A DNA stretch of 62,686 bases, counting the filler, from Chiloscyllium plagiosum (Eukaryota), in assembly GCF_004010195.1 (NCBI RefSeq). It is 3 parts of one record of this genome, joined end to end, with 100 filler letters (N's around TTAATTAATTAA, not from the genome) between each part and the next. Parts side by side here need not be neighbours in the genome. Positions count along the whole stretch, not along the records: positions 1 to 17,290 come from NC_057713.1; 2 more parts are not named here. One strand, written 5' to 3'. The position numbers and the translations under genes are program-made. Below, one piece after another: positions 1 to 12,698 of the stretch. Position 1 is the first letter of the stretch, and the number at the start of each line of letters is the position of its first letter. The notes beneath the pieces were generated by a model that worked only from the letters and a program-made list of their open reading frames with translations, did no database searches and had not been told where the DNA came from.

Positions 1-177
1 GTGGTGGGGGCATCGAATGTGCTGCCTGTGGGAGTGGCAGAGTCAGAATCATTGGTGACCTTTAAGCGGCAATGGGATAGGTACATGGATAGGTGCTTAA
101 GCTAGGACAAATGTTCGGCACAACATCGTGGGCCGAAGGGCCTGTTCTGTGCTGTATTGCTCTATGTTCTATGTTCC
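1..177 (+). mobile_element. CR1-clade LINE 3' end
   Basis: Ends in gggccgaagggcctgttctgtgctgta followed by a (tatgttc)n tail, like the other CR1 3' ends in the window. Confidence 0.8.
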
Positions 178-179
178 AT

Positions 180-970
180 GTTGTCTCTGCTGCGGCAGGG
201 CTACATTTATGGTGATCCTGGCTCGATAAGGCAAGCCCCATCCAGTAGTTGTCAGCTCCGATCATGACGTGGGTGATTCTAATGTCTTTCCAAACCCTCG
301 CTCTGATGTTGACATAGTCAAGGAGATGCCAGTGTTTGGAGCATGGGTGCTGCCATTTTGTCTTGTATTTGTCCCTCCGGCAGAACAGTGTGTTGGTGAT
401 GAGGCGGTTGTGGTCGTGGCATTCGGTCAGGAGAAAGGTGCTCATGGAGTTTTGCTTCCTACACCCACTTTGCTGATTATATCGCCCCAACAGTCTGACC
501 TCTGCCAACCCTGGCATTGAAGTCACCAAGGATGATTATTTTGTCTACTTCAGGGACCCGTGAGAGAAATTGGTCAAGGTTGGAGTACAATTCCTCCTTG
601 TCCTCAGCTTCTGCATCAAGCGTTGGTCAGTATACACTGAATACATGACATATTGCTACCAAGCACGCATGAATCGGAGTGTCATGAGGGATTTGATTAC
701 TCTGCAGGGGGATACTTTTGGTCCAACAGTTCATTATTGATGGCAAAGCCAACTCCATGGATGCAGCACTGTTCATTGGCCCTTCCTTTCCAGAGAAAGG
801 TTTAGCCTCACCTTGCTCTCTGAGCTGTCCTTCCCCTGCCTGCCCGGTTTCACTCAGGACGGTGATGTCAATGTCCTGAGCTCCCCGGCAATGATGGCAG
901 AGCAGCATTCCAGTCTGTCACTGGCGGCACTGTTCATAGTGGTCATGATATTCCAGGTCCCGAATTTCAT
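180..970 (-). mobile_element. RTE-clade LINE remnant, apurinic endonuclease domain (frameshifted)
   Basis: Minus-strand translations MKFGTWNI..., LSETGQAGEGQLREQG, IILGDFNARVG and ITNTLF...WQHPCSKHWHLLDYV are typical of the RTE-type APE endonuclease. Confidence 0.8.
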
Positions 971-1289
971 CCTGAGTTGTGGAAGATGCCTGTGTGTGAG
1001 GTCTTTTAATATGGGGAAACCACTGCACACCAGCTACCGCACAGGCTTAGCAGTGTAAGGTCTTGGTGCAGTGGTGAGGGGAGTCCAAGACAACTGAAGA
1101 CCAGACATTACTGTTTGCAGCTGAGTGCAGACAAACGGTTCGGTGCTGGGCAGTGCCTCCCACTGAGGCAGTGTAAGGTCTGAGGTGAGGAGAGTGGAAG
1201 GATGGGAGAGGATGAGATGGACAGCGTGGTCCCCGCCATTGTGCTTATCACATGCTGGTCACTCTCAAAGTGTGATTGTGAAATTACTC

Positions 1290-1700
1290 GGCAGGGGGTG
1301 GGAGGAATTTATAAAAACACTAAACTGGGCTGGGGGTTATAAAATCACTGAACTGTGAGGTGAATAGTTTACAAAATTACTGCAGTGGCATACATTTATA
1401 CAAACATTGGGCTGGGTGGGTGTTATAAAATTACTGATTTTGGGGCCGTTTATAAACCCACTGAACTGGTTGGGGGCTTTAGATAAACACTGGGCTCTTA
1501 GGGATAAGATCACAGGACTGAGAAGGTGTTATAAAATTATTCAGCCGGGGTTGTTATAAAATTGCTGGGAGGGTGATTAGAATACTAAAAACATTGGCTA
1601 GGTAGGTTATATAAATGCAGGGCTGGCAGGAGTGTTATAATATTACTACGCGGCTAAATAAACACTGCGCTGAGGGTTGGGGAGTGTAACAAACACTTGA
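1290..1700. repeat. Degenerate minisatellite, about 30-bp unit (G-rich tract + ttataaaa + cactg)
   Basis: About a dozen recurrences of ttata(a)aa..(c/t)actg separated by G-rich spacers. Confidence 0.65.
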
Positions 1701-2610
1701 TGTTTCAGAAGGGGCCGAGCAGATGTCTGATCCCGGCTGTAGGATATCCTCAGCTCACACTCCCTCAGGTAGACTCTGAGCTGCTGTAAGCCAGCTCCCA
1801 TCCGTGGTCCACCTCACTGACAACATGGGTGGCTTGCTGACCTATCTCCATGTGCTACCTCTCATGGATTGATGGCACTGAGAGGTTTGACCAGTCTAAG
1901 GGCAGAAAATAGAAGAAATATTGTTAAGTTCTATCAATGATTTTTTTTGGTTTGTTGCGTGGATTAATGATCCAGAATTAACAGATGGGGGTAACCAGGA
2001 ATGAATCTGCAGGAATAATATTTCACTGAGTGAGTGGTTAATCAGTGCAAGCGGGCTATGAAGGAGACAGTGGGAATACTGATTCATTCAGATGCAAATT
2101 AGAGAGATTTCCCTGAGAAAAGTACATTTTGGGAAGGGGGTTTGAGTAATTTGAGAAATATCATGTGGTAATTGGAGATGTCTCAGTAGGAACAGGGGAA
2201 CATCGTGTTTCCAAAGCTGTTTGACCACAGGGGGTTTTCCTCATATTGGCCTCTGTTACAGACTCACTGGCAGAAATTTATTACTGTGGTCATTCCATTA
2301 TGATTGTATTATGATAGTGCAGGTTGGTGGAGAGTGAACTATATGGACTTTGGTCTTTTATTGGACAATAATCTCTGTGTTGCTATCTGTTTGTCCCTAG
2401 AATGCCTTACTGGTAGGAATTAGCCCCATCTCCAACTGCTCGGATTTACAACCTGATGATTCTATTCTGAGCCACAAAAAGGGTAAGCAGAATTTTAGAA
2501 AAGCTTCAGGTAAGGACAATCTGTTTTTCCAGGGAAAATTATAGAATGGTACTGCACAGATGAAATTCCTTCAGTTTGTGCATGTTCTTTCAAACAATAA
2601 CCCAGTTCAT

Positions 2611-2708
2611 GCTTTGACAAAGGGTCAGTTAGACTCGAAACATCAGCTCTTTTCTCTCCTTACAGATGCTGCCAGACCTGCTGAGATTTTCCAGGATTTT
2701 CTCTTTTG
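2611..2708 (+). mobile_element. Short PLE-derived repeat, family B, with decayed hammerhead core
   Basis: gct-ttgacaa-a-gggtc-agtta-gactc-gaaa-catc-agc followed by the tail cagatgctgccagacctgctgagattttccag. Related copies at about 8895, 30745 (-), 43154 and 56690 (-). Confidence 0.65.
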
Positions 2709-2989
2709 AACCCACTGGTTCCATCTTCCCCTGTGTCACTGCAATGTTTTTCTTCTTCAGATATTTATCCAATTTCCTTCAGATGGTAACTGTTGAATAT
2801 GTTGCCTCCACTACTTTTATCAATCATTTTAAATCTTGTTATTCTCCAGTTATCAAGCTTTCAAACATTAGAAATGGATTCTCTGCTCGGATGCTCTCTC
2901 TTAATGCATCCTCTTTGAAACTCTTCCATTCAGCTTGTATTGTCTTTCCTCATTCTTCTTGCCAAAGTGTTCTGAGTTGAATTATATTT

Positions 2990-3990
2990 GTTATGTATCC
3001 ATCGAGTCCAGCAATCTATGCCCTATTGAGGATTGATACCACATTTCTAACTGTTTACTGTACTTCCATGATTCATGCCATCTGCAAGTTTCAAACTTGT
3101 GCCCTTTACCCCTAAGTCTAAGTAATTAATGTATATCATAAACAGCAGTGGTCCTTGTGCTGAACTATGGAGATTTCATCTGTGTCTTCCTTTCAGTCTA
3201 AAAAGCCGTCATTCACAACTACGTTTTCCATGCCTTTGTATCTGTGTTGCATTGTCCCTATTCTCTGGACTTCACTTAGACTAACAATCCTGAAGGGTAA
3301 TAAATGCCGATGTTGCTGTCATCCATTCTCTCTGCTGCCTCATCAAAAAACTCAATCATCTTCGTCAAAAACAAATGGCCTTTAACAAACCTATGTTGGC
3401 TTTCCTTTAATAATCTGCACTTTTCTAAGTGGATATTAATTTTTCTCCTGGAAATTGTTTCTGAAACCTTCCTCACCACTGACACTAAACTGAACTGTCT
3501 GTAATTTCCAGATTTCCCCTTCACACAGGACACAGAGTGTAGTCATTATCTCCCAACCTCTGCATTATAAAATATCTGCAATGCTCATGACAGGCCATTA
3601 AGTCCAATCAGTCCTTGCCAGTGTTTATGGCCCATTCAAGCAAGGTCCAATTTTTTTCATTTAAATCTACCATTGTATTCCCTTCTCCCATGTTCATTTA
3701 CATACATCCTTTTTGAACAATGGGGTAACATTTGCAGTCCTCCTGTTCCTGTATCTATGGAGAATTAGAGGTTTAAGTTATTGCTTTGCAATTTCAAACC
3801 TTACTTCCCTCATTAATATCCAGCTCTCCTTTCCGGACTGGGTGAATTCTCCATTTTAATTCCTGACAGCCTCCCTAGTTGCCTCCTCCTCTTTACCCAA
3901 AGTGAAACCATTCAGTTTGCCAGAAACTTCTTGTATATCATGGCTTAGGTAATGTCATCTTCCTTGGTTAACACCACTGCAAAGTAGCTG
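2990..3990 (-). mobile_element. Old CR1 LINE ORF2 fragment
   Basis: ORF 3276-3533 gives GNYRQFSLVSVVRKVSETI...SQHRFVKG, a decayed form of the CR1 RT motif GNYRPVSLTSVVGK...SQHGF. Confidence 0.7.
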
Positions 3991-4031
3991 CAAAACCTAA
4001 TGATGAGTCTATGTCTTGTTTTATTAACCAG

Positions 4032-4148
4032 TGGACAGGAATGGAATATATTGGCCAACGTTTGCCTCTGCTGGTAACAACGCACCTTATATGCCACACG
4101 ATAGCTTGACATCCTATCCTGCAATCGGTGGACAAATGATCATAGAAA
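4032..4148 (+). CDS. PKHD1L1: PKHD1L1 (fibrocystin-L) internal coding exon, phase 1-1
   Basis: Acceptor ttttattaaccAG, donor GTAAGT. Translates DRNGIYWPTFASAGNNAPYMPHDSLTSYPAIGGQMIIE, resembling fibrocystin-L GRSGICWPTFASAHNMAP as I recall it. 117 nt; splices in frame to the next exon. Confidence 0.88.
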
Positions 4149-4807
4149 GTAAGTGAAGAAAAATAACCCTGACTTTGTCTGAACTGAACTGTGGATATAA
4201 TTGATCAACAGGGGATAGAAATATTCTTTGCCTGTGTAACATTTCAAATGATTAATGAAGGATATTTGAGTTGTTAAAAGTGAAATACATTATACCAATG
4301 GAAAGATGATCCCACACCCAGTGCAGTTGACACAGTGACATCCTATAACATACATTTTGAGCAAAGCTTTGCCTGATGAGAATGTGTAATTGGTAAAAAG
4401 ATGTTTACACATTCAAACTATTCACAGATCATTTCCATCTTTCTCTTGTGGAATTAATAATCCAAATATCACGAGAAATCACTGCCACTGGGGGTAGTTT
4501 GAGAATTAGGAGTCAGTTTAAACAAAACTCTGTTAATAAAAAGCAGAACACACAGCTGTCAGATTGTTGGAAAAACCCAGCTGTTCCACTAAAATCCTCT
4601 TTATGAAATGGGATTGCTGCTTTTAGCCAATATTAGGCTCTCATCAGACATCTATTTACCTGCTCTCTGAAACAGCCCAGCAGACCCCTGAGTAATTGGC
4701 AACTAGGATTTGGAATGAATACTTTTCCATACAACGTTGAATTAAATAAATAGTGCAGCTGAATTTGCATTTTGAAGGGGTAAGCTAGTGTGAAAAAGGT
4801 GAACTTA

Positions 4808-5412
4808 TAGAGTCATAGAATCATAGAGATGTACAGCATGGAAACAGACCCTTCGGTCCAACCCGTCCATGCCGACCAGATATCCCAATCCAATCTAGTC
4901 CCATCTGACAGCACCCGACCCATATCCCTCCAAATTCTTCCTATTCATATACCCTTCAAAATGCCTCTTAAATGTTGCAATTGTACCAGCCTCCACCACA
5001 TCCTCTGGCAGCTCACTCCATACACATACCACCCTCTGTGTGAAAAAGTTGCCCCTTAGGTCTCTTTTATATCTTTCCCCTCTCACCCTAAACCTATGCC
5101 CTCTAGTTCTGGATTCCCCGATCCCAGGGAAAAGACTTTCTTTATTTATCCTATCCATGCCCCTCATAATTTTGTAAACCTCTATAAGGCCACCCCTCAG
5201 CCTCCGACACTCCAGGGAAAACAGCCCCAGCCTGTTCAGCTTCTTTATGTAGCTCAAATCCTCCAACCCTGGCAACATCCTTGTAAATCTTTTCTGAACC
5301 CTTTCAAGTTTCATGACATCTTTCCGATAGGAAGGAGACCAGAATTGCACGGAATATTCCAACAGTGGCCTAACCAATGTCCAGCCGCAACATGACCTCC
5401 CAACTCCTGTAC
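4808..5412 (-). mobile_element. CR1/HER1-type LINE, 5'-truncated
   Basis: ORF 4895-5377 VRPLLEYSVQFWSP...LERVQKRFTRMLPGL...NFFTQRVV is the CR1 ORF2 C-terminus; short tandem tail (atagagtcatagaatcatagag). Confidence 0.93.
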
Positions 5413-5739
5413 TGTATGATCCTGTTTAGCCTGGGAAATACTTTTATGTACATGGGATTCTGTGCAGGAAAGATGAAGGAGATCATGTGTCGTGACTGCA
5501 GCAAAAGGATATTTGTTGAGATTATCAGTTGCAAACTGAGTTCATGATGCAGTGAGCTAGTGTGCCCACTGAACTAGTGAGTCAGTGCGCCAAGTCAGAT
5601 TTTTGTATCAATTTGAAGGAAACACTATTGGGCACTGAAGATGTGTGTCATCTTTAAGTTTGTGAGATATTTGAAACTGAAACATTTGCTGTTTTGTTCT
5701 TTGTGAGGAAACTAATGATATACTTTCCTTTACTTGAAG

Positions 5740-5905
5740 ATACGACTTTTGTTGGATTCAAAGGCACATGTTCCAACAAACTGAATGTTATGTTTATCAC
5801 TAATCCAAAGAATGAGGATTTTCAGCATCCCATTCTCGTGAAGGGAATCACTATTGTGGACAGTGAGGAGCGAGGCAAAGTCTTCATACACAGACCTAAT
5901 GTGGC
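5740..5905 (+). CDS. PKHD1L1: PKHD1L1 internal coding exon, phase 1-2
   Basis: Acceptor tttcctttacttgaAG, donor GTGAGT. Translates TTFVGFKGTCSNKLNVMFITNPKNEDFQHPILVKGITIVDSEERGKVFIHRPNVA (fibrocystin-L motif ITNPxNEDxQHP...FIHRP). Confidence 0.93.
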
Positions 5906-6257
5906 GTGAGTTATTGTGAAACTGAAATCAGCAATAATTTCAGAACTGATTTACTAAGCATTAACAGGTGTTTGTGTGCTGACCTCAGTCATGAATGCTC
6001 GTTTTCTCATGCCGCATATAAACAAGGTGTGAATATTGATCTCTTCACCAAGAAATTGCACACTGACTACAGTCCCAACTCCCATATATTTAATGGCCTT
6101 TAATATTGTTTAGAAAGGCAGGAAGTAGAAATTCAACTCAGACGATGCTGTCTCGGCTCCCATTATAAACAATATCTGATCTTTAATTCCATCGACCCCA
6201 ATGAAGCTGAATAATAGGCCATGCAAGGAATATGCATCCAATGCAAAGTCATCTGTC

Positions 6258-6390
6258 CTCCCGATGAAGGGCTCCTGCCCGAAATGTCGATTCTCCTGCT
6301 CTTCGGTTGGTTGCCTAACCTGCTGTGCTTTACCAGCACCACTCTAAACTTGACTCTAATCTCCAGCATCTGAAGTCCTCACTTTCGCCT
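6258..6390 (+). mobile_element. Short PLE-derived repeat, family A, single arm with hammerhead-like core
   Basis: ccgatga-a-gggc-tcct-gccc-gaaa-tgtc (6261-6288) followed by the family A tail ...cctgctgtgctttaccagcacc...ctccagcatctgaagtcctcactttc. Confidence 0.8.
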
Positions 6391-6579
6391 ATCTGCTCCA
6401 CAAGCTGAGTGGAACTCTCTAGTCTTGTGGGTAAAATCTCTTCATATTTCATTGGATAGCACGCTCAACTCCCAATCGGAAGACTGGACTTAATTGGATA
6501 CCCTGTGTGCTGTAATGATTCTATTCTGCAATGGAATTCAGTCCCTCTACAGTTTTTTAAGTACAATATTTCGGCTTAT

Positions 6580-6880
6580 TTTGAGGAGTGCAGCAATGTC
6601 AGAGGTGAGACATTCAACCAAGGCCCGTTAGTCCTCTCAGGTGGACATCAGGAGAGTTCTCTTCAAGGGCTGGCAACAATAGTTACGCCTCAATCAGCAT
6701 CTCAAAAAACAGATTATTTGGTCATTGCTACATGTTGATTTGTGAGTGTTTGTTTAGCGTAAATTAACTGCCATATTTTCTACAATACAGCAATGACTGC
6801 ACTTCTAAAATATTTAATTTGCTCAAAAGCCTTTTGGCATATTGTGTTGTCGTGCAAAGTGTCAAAAACATGTAAAATTC
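6580..6880 (+). mobile_element. DeuSINE-like (SacSINE1/AmnSINE1-related) old SINE
   Basis: cctctcaggtggac...cctcaatcagcatctcaaaaaacagattatttggtcatt...tacaatacagcaatgactgcacttc resembles the Deu domain as I recall it; related copy at about 53860-54100. Confidence 0.6.
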
Positions 6881-8516
6881 ATATTACTTCCAACAATGCT
6901 CGAAATAAAGGTTTGCAGGGAGTATACGTGAAACCTAAAGTTCGTCCAGAATCAGGCACAGATCTTGATATACAGTGTGTGTGTGTGCGCAAATATATGT
7001 AACTGTGTATGTCAATATATATGTGTGTGCATATTGTTTGTAAATATGTATTTGTGTGATTGTGAAGGGTTATTTTTTGGTCCTGAATTTTGTTTCCAGG
7101 TTGAGAATGCAGAGAGAGGATATTTCCAGGTTCTATAAACCTAATCCAATAAAATCAGGTCTCAGAGATTGGATGTTCATCCCGAGGTGGGAGGGTTCCT
7201 TGAATGATGGGCTAGAAGACTACAGGATGTGCGACAAGGCTGTTAACGACAGATGTGGGCTGGGCGTGATGCCTGCATCTATGCACTGGTGTTTAATAAA
7301 TAAGGCCAAAATCCAAAAATATCCCTCCTCCTCACAACTGCCTCGTGCATACTCTTTCCATCTCTTCATTCTGTTTCCATGCCAAGCAATACCACCTACC
7401 AAGCTATGCCATCTATACACTGTATACTATTTAATATCATCTATTCATTTTTTTAATGGTGCTTCATAACCCCATCACCTTAATAAAACTTTGCATGAAC
7501 AAACATTTCATTCAAATGCAAGAAGAATTAGAATTTGTAGTCCCACATCAAAAAGTCCAAAGATACTTGTAGCTGTCAATCAAACTGATATGGAACACTC
7601 TGCACTCTGAAAATGGCTTCTTGTGAAATCATGCAAAATGAAAGAGTCATGGAAACCTTCAGACCTGTGGGTAAATCCATTGGCTGTTTGACAGTTCGCT
7701 GACAGTTCCAATGGGTTTGTGTATAACTTAGGCATACTCTTGCCTACTTTTAACAATCTCAAAGAGGAGCTGACACTGCCCTGACCCAAAGGCATTTAGC
7801 CAATTCAACTACTCCAGTCCCTGACCCCCAACCCCTCCATCCAAAATGTCTTCGAACCATATCCACAGGAGGTACCCTGGTTATCTAAAATAAATTTACT
7901 GAAGCAAACCTGCTCTGGCCTGGTCTGCTGTATGCACTAAGCATTCCAGACAACAGGGATATCAAAATGGGATTTAACTGGAGATAATTGGTCATTTAAA
8001 TGTGTGAAGGCTGGGTAACTCTAAACTAGAATTCTTGAATATTGGGAATGATGTGATTGGATTTTCATCATGACAGGCAGACTATTCATTGTGACGTAAC
8101 TCTCGGTTTATGTGTATGTGTGTATACAGGTGGGAGTGGTGTATCTGTTTCATGTACTTGTATATGTGAGGGTGAATGAATGTGTAGTTTTGTATGTGCG
8201 TGTATCTGAGTCTCTGTGTGTGTGTGTTTGTGGTGGGTGGTGGTGGGGGTGGGCGGTGTCCCTCTCTTTGCCTTTTGTAGTGTTCCCATTGGTGCACTGT
8301 TTATCTGTAAATTCAGTTTGACCACTCCAACCAGCTCCTGTTTGCCCTGAGATGGTAGCTAGTTTGCTGAATGTTTCCCGCAGACTCTGTTTTGTTTTCA
8401 GCTTTCTGTCTGCGATGTATTGTTGCATTCTTCGTTTCCTCATTCTCTTGATGACCTCACTTCAGAAAATGGCCCATTCTGACCCAGTTGTGTTTGATGC
8501 TGTTGATCATTCACAG

Positions 8517-8749
8517 GAAAGTAAACCCTGCGGACTGCGTGGACATGGTCTGTGATGCCAAGAAGAAGACACTGCTGAAAGATCTTGATGGCTCATTCCT
8601 GGGGGCAGTTGGAGCAGTTGTCCCTCAGTCAGAATATGAATGGGATGGTGACCGTCGCTACGGGACTGGGGATTATCGAATTCCAAAAACCATGTTGACA
8701 CATTTAAATGGCAATCGTATTCCAGTCTCTCAGATTGCACCACACAAAG
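8517..8749 (+). CDS. PKHD1L1: PKHD1L1 internal coding exon, phase 2-1
   Basis: Acceptor cattcacAG, donor GTTTGG. Translates KVNPADCVDMVCDAKKKTLLKDLDGSFLGAVGAVVPQSEYEWDGDRRYGTGDYRIPKTMLTHLNGNRIPVSQIAPHK, a highly conserved fibrocystin-L segment. Confidence 0.96.
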
Positions 8750-9478
8750 GTTTGGAACTGAACCTTTTGATTGATTGGACCCTGTATGTGGTTTGGTGTT
8801 TCAGTCAAACTTTGGTGTAATAAGGAAGAATGAGAGCAAGTTGAGCAATGAGGAATAAAGGTGGAAGAGAGAAAAGCAGAAGAGTCTTTATTTCAGGTTC
8901 AGAAGAAAGTTATATTAGTCTGAAAACTCTAACTCTCTCCACAAACCTGCTAAATGTTTCCAGCATTTTCTGTTTTTATTTCAGAATCTTGAAATCCATA
9001 GCATATCATTGAATGATGTGTTCAGAGAATTTAGTTCCGTGTGTGGATCACATGAGTGATTACTAGGATGGGTGAAGAGAGTGGAATTATCTGCCATTGA
9101 AGATAATAATGAGTTATAAGTTTTATTGCTCGGCAACAAATCATCAGGTTGTTTCACACCCTGCATGATTTCCTGTGCATTTCCTGTGCATTTAGATTGA
9201 CTGGTCTGGTTGCTAACCAGAGGACACAGATTAAAGATAATTAACAAATGTGCACTTTCTCTAACAGTAAGCCAATCGGACAGTTGTTTTACTCTGACCC
9301 AAAGAGCTGACAGCAGCAAAGTTGAAAAGTAACATTCATGGAATCTCAGTGATGGTTTACAGGGATCCAAACTAAACTAAGGAGAGACTGCAACAGCTGG
9401 ATTGTGCTTCTTAGATAAGAGATGACTTAACAGAGTTGTTCAAAATCATGAAGGGTTTTAGAGTGGATAGTGAATTAT

Positions 9479-9815
9479 GGGCGGCACAGTGGCGCACTGC
9501 TGCCTCACAGCACCAGGGACCTGGGTTCGATTCCAGCCTCAGGTGACTGTCTGTGTGGAGTTTGCACATTCTCCCTGTGTCTGCATGGGTTTCCTCCAGG
9601 TGCTCCGGTTTCCTCCCAAATTCAAGGATGTGCAGATTAGGTGAATTGGCCATGCAAAATTGTCCATAGTGTTCAGGGAAGTGTAGGTTAGGTGCATTAG
9701 TCAGTGGTAAATATAGAGTAATGAGTTTGGGTGGGAGACTCTTTGGAGGGTTGGTGTGGATTTGTTGGGCCGAATGGCCTGTTTCTACTCTGTAGGGATT
9801 CTAAGATTCTAAGAA
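9479..9815 (+). mobile_element. HE1-type tRNA-derived V-SINE
   Basis: tRNA-like head with B-box (gggttcgattcc), V-domain ctgtgtggagtttgcacattctccc, and a CR1-like 3' tail (gggccgaatggcctgtttc). Confidence 0.9.
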
Positions 9816-10292
9816 ACTGTTTTCAGCAGCAGGAAGGTTGCTAACCAGAGGACACAGATTAAAGATAATTAACAAAAGAATCAGAAAGATTATTTTTGCA
9901 CTGTAAGTTTTAGTGATCTGAATCTGCCTGAAAGGGCAATGGAAGTAGGTTCATTACAGCTTTAAAAAAAGAATTAGATAAATACTTGGAATTGAAGTAA
10001 TTGTTGAAGGATTGGGGAAGAGTGGGAAGATTGGAGAGTAATTAGATACCTCTTTCCAAGAGTTAAACACAGGCACAATGTGCTGATAGGTCTTTTCTAT
10101 GCTCTATCAATCTGTGCTCTATTAATCTGTGTCCATCTAAGTAAAAGGACAAACCTCCTTTACCTGGGTTGAAGTTGAAAAATGAATAGTATTTAAATGG
10201 GACGAGTTATTTCTGTCTCTGTCACAGCATTCCTTTAAGGTGACCATCTTTATCAGTACAGTACTAAATCACCATTCATTGTTTTCCCACAG

Positions 10293-10460
10293 GAATTATT
10301 CGAGATTCCACTTGTACCTACATGCCCGACTGGCAAAGCTACAAATGCTTTGGGCTAAACTATGAAATACTGGTTATTGAAAGCCTGGATCCTGATTCAG
10401 AGACCAGGCGGTTGTCCCCAGTAGCTCTGCTTACAGAGGGTTACGTTGACCTTATTAATG
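10293..10460 (+). CDS. PKHD1L1: PKHD1L1 internal coding exon, phase 1-1
   Basis: Acceptor ttgttttcccacAG, donor GTATGT. Translates GIIRDSTCTYMPDWQSYKCFGLNYEILVIESLDPDSETRRLSPVALLTEGYVDLING. Confidence 0.96.
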
Positions 10461-10807
10461 GTATGTATCATTTCAAATCTGCGACACAGATATTTCACAA
10501 AAGTACAAAATATTTATTGTAAAGGAGTGATAAAAGATGGTCAGAGAGTCACAGGCAATTTCGGAATCAGAAGTTGGAATGGGTCAGCACCCCTAAGTCG
10601 GAGACCTTTTGCCATTTAATCCCTCCACTTTATCACAGAGCTTTCTATTTGTTTTCTTCCCGTGCATTCCTCACTGTGATACTTCAAATGCATCTCCAAT
10701 GAAGTGTTTGTTTCTGATATAAGATCATTGCTTGCCCTGCAATGTTGAGCTGGAATTTATGATCAGCGATTAACTAATAACACTCACTGCTGACCTCAAA
10801 CAAAGGA

Positions 10808-11342
10808 ATACCACATACAATTCTGGTTGCCCTTCTACAGGAAGGATGTTGTTAAACTTGAGTGGATACACAATAGATTGACAAGAATGTTTCTGGGACT
10901 GGAGGGTTTGAGTTATAGGGAGAGGCCGAATGGGTTGGGGCTTTTTTCTCTGGAGTGTGGAAGGCAAAGGGGTGACCTTATAATAGTTTATAAAATCATC
11001 AGGGGCAGAGATACGGTGAATAGTCATGGCCCTTTTCCTAGGGTAGGGGAATCCAAAACTATAGGGTATAGGTTTAAGGTGAAAGGGGAAAGATTTGAAA
11101 ATGACCTGAAGGATAATGTTTTCACACCGAGGGTGGTGCGTGTCTAGAAAAAACTGCCAGAGGAATTGGTGGATGCAGAACAAATATAATATTTAAAAGG
11201 TATCTGGATGGTACATGAATAGGAAGGGTTTACAGGATATCGGCCAAATATGGACAAATGGGACTCAGTCAGACTGGGATATCTGGTTGGAGCAGATGAA
11301 CAATCTATTTCCATGGTGTACGACTCCACGATTCTATAACGC
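10808..11342 (+). mobile_element. CR1 LINE 3' fragment
   Basis: ORF 10827-11147 PFYRKDVVKLE...GLFSLE...GDLIIVYKII matches the CR1 ORF2 C-terminus. Confidence 0.88.
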
Positions 11343-12011
11343 TGACAGTATGGTCACAATATGAGCATCTTGGTCCCAGAGCCCATCTTGGGCTCCCACT
11401 GCCGACAGGACTTTCAAAGAACTGGCAGGAAGTGGGGAATGGGAAGCCCACTTGCTGTCAACTAACGGCCCTTTAAGTCCCTCGAGAAGTTGGTTAATGA
11501 GGGGTCTATCCAACTCAGAACTAAATTTTCAAGCTCTATTTCAATGAACCAGAGCAGTCAGAGGCATTCTTTGCACAGCCAATTAAGGTTTCTCTGTTTT
11601 TGTTTTATTTAAACTGTTCTGATTGTTTTTGTATGATGTGAGTGCTGGGTCTTCATCATTACTTCACAATTTCCAAAAGGCATTCGAGAAGGTGCCATAC
11701 AAAAGGCTCCTGCACATGATAAAGATACGTGGTGTTATGGGCAATGTATTAGCATCGATAGAGGATTGGTTAACTACAGAAAGCAAACAGTGGGGATAAA
11801 TGAGTACTTTTCTGGCTGGCGATCAGTGTCTAGTGGTGTGCCTCAGGGATCAACATTGAGACTGCAACTATTCACCAATTTTTAAAGATTATTTGTAGTT
11901 GAGTACCTCATGTAATGTATCAAAATTTGTGGATGACATTAAGATGAGTGGTAGAGCAAAGTCTGCAGAGGACTGTGAAAATTTGCAGAGGAACATTGAG
12001 AGTTTAAGTGA

Positions 12012-12698
12012 TAGTTTTGAGAGAATGTGTAGCTCAAGTTGAGATTCTGGATGTAGGTTTGCTTGCTGAGCTGCAAGGTTCATTTTCAGATATTTTGTCA
12101 TCATACCAGATAACATCTTCAGTGAGCCTCTGAATGAAGCACTGGCGGTGTAGCCCGCTTTCTATTTCTGTGTTTGACTCTGGTTGGTGATGTCATTTCC
12201 TGTTCTTTTTCTCTGGGTGTGGTAAATAGGATCCAAGTCAATGTGTTTGCTGATAGAGTTCCGTTTGGAATGCCATGCTTCTAGGAATTCTCATGCGTAT
12301 CTCTGTTTGGCTTGTCCTAGGATGGATATGTTGTCCCAGTCAAACTGGTGTCCTTCCTCCTCTGTATGTAAAGATAGTAGTGAGAAGTGGGTCATGTATT
12401 TTTGTGGTGAGTTGAATTCCGAGAAGCATGGCATTCCAACCAGAACTCTATCAATAAACACATTGACTTGGATCCTATTTACCACCCCCTGAGAAAAAGA
12501 ACAGGAAATGACATCACCACAAGAAATGATGTCACCACAGGAAATAACATCACCAACCCAAGGAAACTCAAACACATAAACAGAAAGTGGGCTACACCAC
12601 CAGTGCTTCATCCAGAGGCTCACTGAAGATGTTACCTAGTACGGTGATGAAATGTCTGAAAACAAACCTTCCAGCTCAGTCAGCAAACCGATATCCAT
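12012..12698. mobile_element. Penelope-like element fragment with inverted pseudo-LTR arms and 11-bp TSD
   Basis: Arms 12048-12290 and 12414-12697 are reverse complements. Minus-strand peptide SLLSLHTEEEGHQFDWDNISILGQAKQRYA*EFLEAWHS resembles a GIY-YIG C-terminus. TSD agtttaagtga at 12001-12011 and 12699-12709. Confidence 0.85.
12623..12656 (+). ncRNA. Minimal type-I hammerhead ribozyme motif (family C, PLE pseudo-LTR)
   Basis: tca-CTGAAGA-T-GTTACC-tagtac-GGTGAT-GAAA-TGTC-tga: core boxes, 6-bp stem II with G-U pairs, 3-bp stem I. The ACGU palindrome has decayed to AUGU. Confidence 0.65.

Noticed and set aside
9479..9545. tRNA-like A/B boxes (also 36458, 41429, 57541)
   Set aside because: These are SINE heads followed by the V-domain and LINE-derived tail; no complete cloverleaf.
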